Shown here: piece after piece, positions 56,590 to 64,000 of the stretch
Position numbering within the stretch: position 1 is the first letter of the stretch
Layout of the letters: every line of letters begins with the position of its first letter
Assembly: GCA_965207885.1 (NCBI GenBank)
Contig: OZ242311.1
Coordinates: 3,712,001-3,776,000, forward strand
DNA length: 64,000 nucleotides
Reading direction: 5' to 3'
From: Candidatus Latescibacterota bacterium
GTDB taxonomy: Bacteria; Latescibacterota; UBA2968
Translations under genes and position numbers: made by a program
The notes under the pieces: model-generated
Told to the model about the DNA's origin: nothing
What the model saw: the letters and a program-made list of their open reading frames with translations, nothing else
Databases searched by the model: none

Positions 56590-57873
56590 ATGAAAAATCT
56601 CTCAACAATGACCATTGCGCAAATTCGCGGCCACATCAAATCTGTCAATCGCCCTGACGAAGCATACCTCTGCGCCCTCGAACAGGACCCCCGCGCTGGT
56701 GTTCGCGCAATCGCAGAACAGATGAGAAAAAAGCAAAAAGCACAAGCCCGTGAAAACGCGCGCCTCGAACAAATGCTCATCATAGAAAAAAAACTCAGAG
56801 AACGGGGCATCCAGCACATCGCAGGCGTAGATGAAGCCGGGCGAGGTCCCCTCGCAGGACCGGTTATCGCCGCCGCGGTTATCCTACCGCCAGATACACT
56901 CATCCCCGGTTTGAACGACTCCAAAGCACTATCCGAAAAACGCAGGGAAGAACTTTTTGAAACCATCCACAATATAGCCCTCACCATTGGCACAGGCAAA
57001 GCATCTCCACGAGAAATAGACAAATTCAACATCCGCAACGCCACCCACCAGGCCATGTGCGAGGCTCTCGCCGCCCTCAGCATCTCGCCAGACCGCGTGC
57101 TCATCGATGGCAATGCCATCCCGGGCAGCCCATTCCCCGAACAAGCGGTCATAGGTGGTGATCGTAAGTCGCTTTCTATAGCCGCCGCGTCTGTCATTGC
57201 CAAAGTAACGCGCGATCGCCTGATGATCGATTACCACGCGCAATACCCCGCTTACGGCTTTGCCGGTCACAAGGGATACGGCAGCGCCGATCACCTCGCC
57301 GCCTTGCAAAAACACGGTCCCTGTCCTATCCACCGCCGATCTTTCCGGGGCGTCTTTGAAGTCAGGCGCTCTGAAGATTTTAAAATTTTTGCTGAGGGTA
57401 TTCAAACTGCCATCAACCTCGACCAACTTCAAGCCATAGGAAAAACCATTGCCAGTGCCAGCAAACATATCCCCCAGGATGACGTACACGCCCTGCGCAT
57501 GCTATTTCGCAAACAACGCACCCGCCTGCAACAATCCGGTCCCAAAGGCGAACAATTGGCAGAAAAATTTCTAAAACAAAAAGGATATAGCATTCGCGGG
57601 CGCGGATTTCGCGCCCTGGGCGGTGAAATCGACATCATTGCAGTAAAAAACAACATCCTGATCTTTGTCGAAGTCAAAACCGCGACCACTTCGCATTTTG
57701 GGCAGCCAGAGGCCTGGGTGACGCCTGCCAAACAAGCGCAAATTATCAAAGTTGCCCAAGCCTACCTGCACCAACGCTCCGACCACTCGGCACCGAGATT
57801 TGACGTCATCGCCATTGACCTGACACAATCGCGCCCTGTCATCCGCCACTACGAAAACGCTTTTACAGCTTAG
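56590..57873 (+). CDS. rnhB: Ribonuclease HII fused to a C-terminal YraN (UPF0102) nuclease domain
   Basis: AGVDEAGRGPLAGPV, DSK, SIAAASVIAKVTRD, HRRSF; then G..GE.LA..FL..KGY..GEIDII..FVEVK..RFDV in the same frame. Confidence 0.93.
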   Translation: MKNLSTMTIAQIRGHIKSVNRPDEAYLCALEQDPRAGVRAIAEQMRKKQKAQARENARLEQMLIIEKKLRERGIQHIAGVDEAGRGPLAGPVIAAAVILPPDTLIPGLNDSKALSEKRREELFETIHNIALTIGTGKASPREIDKFNIRNATHQAMCEALAALSISPDRVLIDGNAIPGSPFPEQAVIGGDRKSLSIAAASVIAKVTRDRLMIDYHAQYPAYGFAGHKGYGSADHLAALQKHGPCPIHRRSFRGVFEVRRSEDFKIFAEGIQTAINLDQLQAIGKTIASASKHIPQDDVHALRMLFRKQRTRLQQSGPKGEQLAEKFLKQKGYSIRGRGFRALGGEIDIIAVKNNILIFVEVKTATTSHFGQPEAWVTPAKQAQIIKVAQAYLHQRSDHSAPRFDVIAIDLTQSRPVIRHYENAFTA

Positions 57874-57902
57874 ACCAATCCCTAAATTTTCCCTCTTAAA
57901 CC

Positions 57903-57931
57903 TTGACAATACCCTCTCTTACCTTTATTTT
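57903..57931 (+). promoter_or_regulatory. Sigma-70 promoter of hisS-aspS
   Basis: TTGACA-N17-TATTTT. Confidence 0.7.
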
Positions 57932-57973
57932 CGTTTTCTATTATAAAAAATAATTTGCAACGGATATACACCC

Positions 57974-59266
57974 ATGCCACAGTTAATTCCCAAAGTAAAA
58001 GGCACCCGCGATTTTTATCCCGAAGATTGGGCCTACCAGAAATGGCTCTGCGAGAAATTTATCGGCGTTGGCAACCTCTTTGGATATAGAGAATACGAAA
58101 GTACAATACTCGAATACATGGCCCTCTACCTGGGCAAAAGCAGCGAAGAAATCGTCACACAACAGACATTCACGCTATCTGATCGGGACGACAAACAACT
58201 CGTCATGCGCCCAGAACTCACCCCCACACTCGCGCGCATGGTCGCCCAAAAAGAAGGCGAACTCACCTTCCCTATCCGCTGGCAATCCTACGGCCGGTTC
58301 TTTCGCTACGAGCGCCCCCAACGCGGTCGCGGTCGTTCCTTTTTTCAATGGAACATCGACGCGCTTGGCAGCGATAGCTATCTGGCCGACGCCGAAATAA
58401 TCACCATAGCTTGCACGCTATTCAAACACCTCGACCTCAGTACCCAACACGCCACTATTAGAGTCAACGACCGACAGGGTCTCGAAAATTTAATCGCCAA
58501 AGAACTGGCCCTACCGCCCGAGAATATCAGACCCGTTTTGGGGGCCATTGACCGCATAGACAAAATGCCCGAGGAAAAATTCCGCATCTATCTCGCCGAT
58601 GATCTGGATCTCAGTACAGATCAAATCGATACCCTCTACGAAATCCTTCAAACGGCAGATCTGACATTTTCCCCCTGGCTCCAGCGTATATTTGAGCAAC
58701 TCGACAAAAATGGTGTCATAGAATTTGTAAAACTCGACCTCAAAATCGTGCGCGGTTTTGACTACTATACGCGCACGGTATTTGAAGCATGGGCCAAAAC
58801 CTCATTGCGCCGTGCCCTCTTTGGAGGAGGTCGTTACGACAATCTCACGCGCCAGGTGGGCGGCAAACGCCAGGTACCGGGCGTGGGATTTGCAGTCGGC
58901 GATATGGCCATCACCGAATTGCTGAAAGAAATAGACATTTATCCCCAACTCGAAACGCCCGGCGCCCGCGTCTTTGTTACGATATTTTCAGAAGACCTGC
59001 TCACCCAATCGTCTTCTTTTGCCGAAAAACTGCGCCAGGAGGGTATCGCAACAGAACTGCACCTTATTCCGGGACAGCGTCTCGACAGACAATTCAAATA
59101 TGCAGATCGTCAAAATATTCCCTTTGCAGCGGTTATTGGGCCAGATGAAGCATCTGCAAATACCATCGTACTCAAAGACCTCAAAGCGCGCGCACAGCAA
59201 ATTTTTTCACAAAACGACCTGTGCGCGATAAAAACAACGCTTAAAAACGGAATTACCCAAGCGTAG
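57974..59266 (+). CDS. hisS: Histidine--tRNA ligase
   Basis: KGTRDF, RPELT, FRYERPQRGR, VRGFDYYT, GGGRYD. Confidence 0.97.
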   Translation: MPQLIPKVKGTRDFYPEDWAYQKWLCEKFIGVGNLFGYREYESTILEYMALYLGKSSEEIVTQQTFTLSDRDDKQLVMRPELTPTLARMVAQKEGELTFPIRWQSYGRFFRYERPQRGRGRSFFQWNIDALGSDSYLADAEIITIACTLFKHLDLSTQHATIRVNDRQGLENLIAKELALPPENIRPVLGAIDRIDKMPEEKFRIYLADDLDLSTDQIDTLYEILQTADLTFSPWLQRIFEQLDKNGVIEFVKLDLKIVRGFDYYTRTVFEAWAKTSLRRALFGGGRYDNLTRQVGGKRQVPGVGFAVGDMAITELLKEIDIYPQLETPGARVFVTIFSEDLLTQSSSFAEKLRQEGIATELHLIPGQRLDRQFKYADRQNIPFAAVIGPDEASANTIVLKDLKARAQQIFSQNDLCAIKTTLKNGITQA

Positions 59267-59275
59267 GAGACAGCC

Positions 59276-61051
59276 ATGTCAGAGTCGCTCGGCGACTGGA
59301 AACGCACACACAACTGCGGCGAATTGCGCATCGAAAATGTAGGCGAAGAAGTCTGCCTGATGGGGTGGGTTGGCAAAAGACGCGACCACGGAGGCGTCAT
59401 ATTTGTCGATTTGCGCGACCGCTACGGCATCACCCAGGTAGTCTTTCGGCCCGATCTCGAAGAAGAGACACACGCCATTGCCGAAAAAATTCGCAACGAA
59501 TTTGTCCTCGCAATAAAAGGCAGAGTTGAGCCGCGCCCAGAAGGCATGACAAATCCAAAATTGCCCACCGGCGCCATCGACATCGAATGTTCGGATCTGC
59601 GTCTTCTCAACGAAGCGGACACCCCGCCATTTGCCATAGAACCCGACATCGACGTCAACGAAGAACTGCGCTTGCGCTATCGCTACCTCGACCTGCGCCG
59701 CCCCGATATGCAACAAGCCCTGTTCCTGAGGCATAACGCCGCACAGGAGACGCGCAAATATTTGATTGGCCAGGGCTTTCTCGAAATCGAAACCCCCTTT
59801 CTCATGAAAAGTACGCCCGAAGGTGCAAGAGATTATCTCGTTCCATCTCGCGTTCAAAGAGGCAACTTCTATGCCCTACCCCAATCGCCGCAAACCTACA
59901 AACAGTTGCTCATGATCGCCAGCTATGATCGCTACTTTCAAATCGTGCGCTGCTTCCGCGATGAAGACCTGCGGGGTGACCGCCAGCCCGAGTTTACCCA
60001 AATTGACATTGAAATGGCATTTGTCACAGAAACCGATGTCATGCAACTCGCAGAAGGGCTTACGCGGCACCTTTTTGAACACGTCATAGGCTTTGATATC
60101 CCCTCCCCCATACCACAAATGACCTATCGCGAGGCGATTGACCGCTTTGGAACCGATCGCCCGGATACGCGCTTCAGCCTCGAAATTGTCGATATTGCAA
60201 AAGCTGCTCTCGCTTCGGAATTTCGGGTCTTTAAATCCGTAATTGATTCCGGAGGGCAAGTTCGCGCCATTAATGCCAAAGGATGTGCAAACTACTCGCG
60301 CAAACAAATTGATGACCTTACGACCTTTGTTGCACAACACGGAGCTAAGGGACTCGCCTGGATTAAAGTGACCGACCAGGGACTCGAATCATCAATTGTC
60401 AAGTTCTTCCCCGATCAAGCCCAACAAATACTCAGAGAATCACTCGACGCACAGACGGGAGACCTGCTTTTATTTGTCGCTGATCAACCCGCAATTGTCG
60501 CAAACGCACTGGGCAATCTGCGCTTAGAACTCGCACGGCAACAAGACCTTATGGAGACCGGCGCCTTTAGTTTTTTATGGGTGACGCAGTTCCCCCTCCT
60601 CGAATTTGATGACGTTGAAAAACGCTACGTCGCCTGCCACCATCCCTTCACTTCCCCTATGGAAGCAGACCTCAATGAGCTTGAAACAGCCCCGGGTGAT
60701 GTTCGCGCCAGAGCTTATGATCTCGTTCTCAATGGCAACGAAATCGCTGGCGGAAGTATTCGTATCCACCACAGAGAAATCCAGGAGCGCGTGTTTCGCA
60801 TGTTGGGGATATCCGAAAGCGAATCGCGGGAAAAATTTGGCTTCTTACTCGACGCCTTTCGATATGGCGCGCCTCCCCATGGCGGCATCGCGTTTGGATA
60901 CGACCGCCTGGTCGCCCTCATGGCCGGCAAAGCGTTTATCCGCGATGTCATTCCATTTCCGAAAACCAATACAGCGGCATCGCTCATGGATGGGGCACCA
61001 TCCATAGCAGATCCCACCCAACTCCGCGAACTCGGTTTGCGATTATTGTAA
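59276..61051 (+). CDS. aspS: Aspartate--tRNA ligase (probably non-discriminating Asp/Asn)
   Basis: RRDHGG, STPEGARDY, LPQSPQ, FRDEDLR.DRQPEFTQ, GAPPHGG. Confidence 0.97.
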   Translation: MSESLGDWKRTHNCGELRIENVGEEVCLMGWVGKRRDHGGVIFVDLRDRYGITQVVFRPDLEEETHAIAEKIRNEFVLAIKGRVEPRPEGMTNPKLPTGAIDIECSDLRLLNEADTPPFAIEPDIDVNEELRLRYRYLDLRRPDMQQALFLRHNAAQETRKYLIGQGFLEIETPFLMKSTPEGARDYLVPSRVQRGNFYALPQSPQTYKQLLMIASYDRYFQIVRCFRDEDLRGDRQPEFTQIDIEMAFVTETDVMQLAEGLTRHLFEHVIGFDIPSPIPQMTYREAIDRFGTDRPDTRFSLEIVDIAKAALASEFRVFKSVIDSGGQVRAINAKGCANYSRKQIDDLTTFVAQHGAKGLAWIKVTDQGLESSIVKFFPDQAQQILRESLDAQTGDLLLFVADQPAIVANALGNLRLELARQQDLMETGAFSFLWVTQFPLLEFDDVEKRYVACHHPFTSPMEADLNELETAPGDVRARAYDLVLNGNEIAGGSIRIHHREIQERVFRMLGISESESREKFGFLLDAFRYGAPPHGGIAFGYDRLVALMAGKAFIRDVIPFPKTNTAASLMDGAPSIADPTQLRELGLRLL

Positions 61052-61085
61052 TCACAGAGGGTCATAACGCATTCAAAACTTTTTC

Positions 61086-61114
61086 TTGACTTTCTGTATT
61101 TTATGTAGTACTTT
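61086..61114 (+). promoter_or_regulatory. Putative sigma-70 promoter
   Basis: TTGACT-N17-TACTTT. Confidence 0.6.
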
Positions 61115-61208
61115 GTCTAAAAGTTGTATTATCAGTTTTTTCAGTTTCTCCCTAAACTCTTGATAATTCAAATACTTACGTCAATATTTATGAGGAGGCA
61201 GTCGGGTT

Positions 61209-61454
61209 ATGAAAAGACTCAAAAAAGCGGCAGGTTGTGGTCTGTTACTTGTTCTGTTATCTGGATGTTGCACGCCAATGGCCTCAAGATCGCAACTCCA
61301 AATGCTTGAAGAAGCGCGTAAAGCCGCAGAATCGGCTGAAGCCGACCTCGCAGCCTGTAAGCAACATCGGGCCGAGTTGGAACGCCAATTGGCACAGAAA
61401 AAGCAGGTTCTGGCCGAGTGGCAAAATATCTTGAGTCAGTGCAACAGATCTTGA
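61209..61454 (+). CDS. Small coiled-coil lipoprotein
   Basis: GAGGAGG RBS; basic N-terminus, lipobox LSGC, Ala/Glu/Gln-rich heptads. Confidence 0.8.
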   Translation: MKRLKKAAGCGLLLVLLSGCCTPMASRSQLQMLEEARKAAESAEADLAACKQHRAELERQLAQKKQVLAEWQNILSQCNRS

Positions 61455-61492
61455 GCCAGTAATCTTTTGGTGTGTGGAAAGGAGTTGGTCGG

Positions 61493-62329
61493 ATGACAGG
61501 TTTGAAGCTTTTCGGGTTCTTTTGTTGTGCAGTCACCCTTTTGGTTTTCCCTCAAAAGGGAATTGCCCAGATGGAAATGACCTATGATGAATACAGGATG
61601 AAACTTACAGAGCAGGAGCAACGGCTTGCAGAACTCAAAAAGTCTTTGCTTGAATGCCAAACAGCATCTAATGACCTTTCGAACCAGATGTCGAGTCTGG
61701 ATACCCAGATTAGTGAAATCAAACAACAAGTCTATAGCCTCGTTGAGTCCGATGAAGCAGGGGTCAACGAATATATGCAAGAACTCGGTCGCATTGAAGG
61801 CCGTCTCATGGGCTTGCGCAGCCTGGCAGAAGATGCCCTGTTTGAAGTTCGAGATGAAATTGATCAAATAGAAGCTCGCGTATCAGAGCTTAAAGCAGAC
61901 AAAAGAGCCTGTTTTCCAGCTGCACAGGCAAAACTGGCCAGTATTGATCAATTACTTGAGCAAGTCAAAGCCCGAATGCCTCGCAAGCGCATTCGGCAAT
62001 ATTCGGTTGTCAGAGGTGATAATCTCTGGAGAATCGCTAAAAAAGACGATATTTATGGCGATCCTTATCTCTGGCCCCGTATCTATGTTGAAAACCGGGA
62101 TAAAATTAAACATCCCGATATAATTTATCCCAAGTGGGTTCTCAACATTCCCTTTGGCGTCGATATCAATCAACATCTCGTAATGAGTGGCGAGAACCTC
62201 TCGTCCATTGCTGGCAAAGTGTACAATGATGTCACCAAATGGAACCGGATCTACCAGGCCAACAAAACACAGATCTTTGATCCGAGCATGATTTTCCCAG
62301 CTCAAGTATTCGACATTCCAGCAAACTGA
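61493..62329 (+). CDS. Secreted coiled-coil protein with two LysM domains
   Basis: Signal peptide; long coiled coil; YSVVRGDNLWRIA..WPRIY.EN..IYP and H.V..GENLSSIA..W..IY.AN..IFP. Confidence 0.9.
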   Translation: MTGLKLFGFFCCAVTLLVFPQKGIAQMEMTYDEYRMKLTEQEQRLAELKKSLLECQTASNDLSNQMSSLDTQISEIKQQVYSLVESDEAGVNEYMQELGRIEGRLMGLRSLAEDALFEVRDEIDQIEARVSELKADKRACFPAAQAKLASIDQLLEQVKARMPRKRIRQYSVVRGDNLWRIAKKDDIYGDPYLWPRIYVENRDKIKHPDIIYPKWVLNIPFGVDINQHLVMSGENLSSIAGKVYNDVTKWNRIYQANKTQIFDPSMIFPAQVFDIPAN

Positions 62330-62411
62330 CCTCAACCTCTTCGATCCCAGAATTTGGATCTTTCATAAATCCAATGGAAGGTTCATCTATCAACCTCTAA
62401 CTCTAAAATAG

Positions 62412-62457
62412 AACTCTCATTCCCGTAGTCTGTTTGGGAATGAGAGTTTTCTTTTTT
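62412..62457 (+). terminator. Intrinsic terminator
   Basis: AACTCTCATTCCC/GGGAATGAGAGTT followed by a T-tract. Confidence 0.8.
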
Positions 62458-62470
62458 AAATACTCAAATC

Positions 62471-63454
62471 GTGGAAAATAGAGAACTCTCCCATAGACTA
62501 TCGTTGCGCGGTGTTGACCTCCTATCGTTATACGGTCACAACGATGCAAATTTGCTCGCCCTTGAAGACCGCTATGGCGTGCGTTTAACCGCCCGCGGAG
62601 ATCAGCTAAATGTTCAGGGACCACAACATAAAGTTCAACACGTCTCTGGTCTATTAGAAGAAATGATTTCGTGCCTTCGACGCGGCGATCAGTTTGACCC
62701 TCTACACCTGCTTGCGCCACCGCCAGAAAACTGCGAATCTGAAATTGGTGAATACGCAAAGCCCATTCTTTCAACACCCAAAATTCTCATTCGCCCCCGC
62801 TCACGGACTCAGGTTGCTTACTCAGCAGCTATAGAAAACTACGATATTGTTTTTGGCATTGGACCGGCGGGTACGGGCAAAACTTATCTGGCAGTCGCAG
62901 CGGCTGTTGCTGCGCTAAAAAGCAAACATATCTCCAGAATTATTCTGACGCGCCCGGCTGTAGAAGCTGGCGAAACCCTGGGATTTCTACCGGGAGATAT
63001 ACAGGATAAAGTCGATCCCTATTTGCGTCCGCTCTACGATGCACTGCGCGACATGCTACCCGATACACAATTGCAACACCTTATGGAAATGCACACACTT
63101 GAAATTGCACCGCTTGCATTTATGAGAGGACGCACTCTGAATAACGCTTTTGTCATTCTCGACGAGGCCCAGAATACCACCGTCAACCAGATGAAGATGT
63201 TTCTTACCCGTCTGGGCAACAATGCCAAGGCTGTGATTACAGGTGATATAACACAAATAGACCTGCCGCCGGGTATTCAGTCTGGGCTTATACACGTCCA
63301 GCACATCCTGTCTCATATAGAAGCCATCAAATTCGTCAACTTTTCAGAAAAAGATGTTGTACGACACCCACTGGTTCAAAAAATTATAACAGCTTATGAG
63401 CAAAGCGAACATGCCCATGAACCAGAGGGAGAAGAGGCTCTGCCCAAACCATGA
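62471..63454 (+). CDS. phoH: PhoH-family ATPase (YbeZ-like)
   Basis: GPAGTGKTYLA, RPAVEAGE.LGFLPG, FMRGRTL, DEAQN, DVVRH. Confidence 0.95.
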   Translation: MENRELSHRLSLRGVDLLSLYGHNDANLLALEDRYGVRLTARGDQLNVQGPQHKVQHVSGLLEEMISCLRRGDQFDPLHLLAPPPENCESEIGEYAKPILSTPKILIRPRSRTQVAYSAAIENYDIVFGIGPAGTGKTYLAVAAAVAALKSKHISRIILTRPAVEAGETLGFLPGDIQDKVDPYLRPLYDALRDMLPDTQLQHLMEMHTLEIAPLAFMRGRTLNNAFVILDEAQNTTVNQMKMFLTRLGNNAKAVITGDITQIDLPPGIQSGLIHVQHILSHIEAIKFVNFSEKDVVRHPLVQKIITAYEQSEHAHEPEGEEALPKP

Positions 63455-64000
63455 TGTTCTTTAGAAAACGTCAACGCGACCGTACGCGTCAGACAAGACA
63501 ACAGTGGAAACAGCGGGGAAAACAAGCCTTCCGCATTGTGTTAATGCTCGCCCTCTTAGGCGTACTAACCGTCTTGTTTCCCACGCAACAGCATTACGAG
63601 TACAGTGCCTTCCGCGAAGGCGCGATTGCGCCAGATGAAGTCATTGCATCCGAATTATTCCCCGTGTACAAAAGCGAAGAAGCATACCAGGATGAAGTCG
63701 CAGAAGCTCGCCGCCAGATTTTGCCGGTTTTGCGCTATGATAGCACAGTGCAGCAAAGCAAACTGAACGCATATAAAACATTTCTAAACGACTTAAAAAA
63801 ACACACTGGCTCCGGGGTAAGCGAATCTCTCTCACAAGAGCTACGGCTTTCACACCCGGAGATTAGCCCCCTGTCGGAATCCACCCTGAAATATCTCGTA
63901 CCCGTATCTCGAAGGCGATCAGCCAGCCGCAGTACATTGACCACCGCAGTCGAGAAAATTCTTCAAAGCACCTACCAGAACGGGATTATCGACCAGGAAA
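63451..64000 (+). CDS. 7TM-HD (HDIG) phosphohydrolase, PgpH-like, N-terminal part (runs off the window)
   Basis: ATGA overlap with phoH; manual translation gives a TM helix then FP...G.IA...VIA...F..YKS extracellular pattern; phoH followed by HDIG is a conserved order. The HD domain lies outside the window. Confidence 0.7.
   Translation, partial: MMFFRKRQRDRTRQTRQQWKQRGKQAFRIVLMLALLGVLTVLFPTQQHYEYSAFREGAIAPDEVIASELFPVYKSEEAYQDEVAEARRQILPVLRYDSTVQQSKLNAYKTFLNDLKKHTGSGVSESLSQELRLSHPEISPLSESTLKYLVPVSRRRSASRSTLTTAVEKILQSTYQNGIIDQE

Overview
64 kb of gene-dense chromosome from a Gram-negative bacterium; gene content and style suggest the FCB group (Gemmatimonadota/Latescibacterota-like), which is inference only. 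In order: (1) the 5' part of a bacterial microcompartment operon (PduL, two BMC hexamers, EutN pentamer, acylating aldehyde dehydrogenase; runs off the left edge); (2) a surface-glycan locus (Wzi, two GT-C transferases, Wzy/WaaL-like, GT2, DegT aminotransferase, WecA/MraY-like, SAM methyltransferase); (3) an envelope operon behind a consensus sigma-54 promoter (COG3014-like lipoprotein, unknown secreted protein, LpoB, small OM beta-barrel); (4) many catabolic genes (ROK and FGGY kinases, GGT, M20 deacetylase, lone xanthine-dehydrogenase-type Mo subunit plus MoaD, hydantoinase A/B, a family-5 ABC importer with an HpcH aldolase, VOC, Ldh_2, FNR); (5) tRNA-Gly(GCC); (6) housekeeping genes (rnhB-yraN fusion, hisS, aspS, phoH, 7TM-HD). 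The best candidate for an undescribed system is a ~2.5 kb AT-richer islet (47452-49938). It is bounded by a 7-bp direct repeat and has its own promoter. It encodes a ~595-aa protein with a C-terminal HEPN-like R-X5-H motif and a VapB-like tail, coupled to a PIN/VapC toxin and a small antitoxin-like gene. A second TA-like nucleotidyltransferase pair and opposed tandem microrepeat arrays interrupt the neighbouring ABC operon. No CRISPR array, integrase, transposase or rRNA was seen. All family calls are motif recognition by eye; no searches were run.
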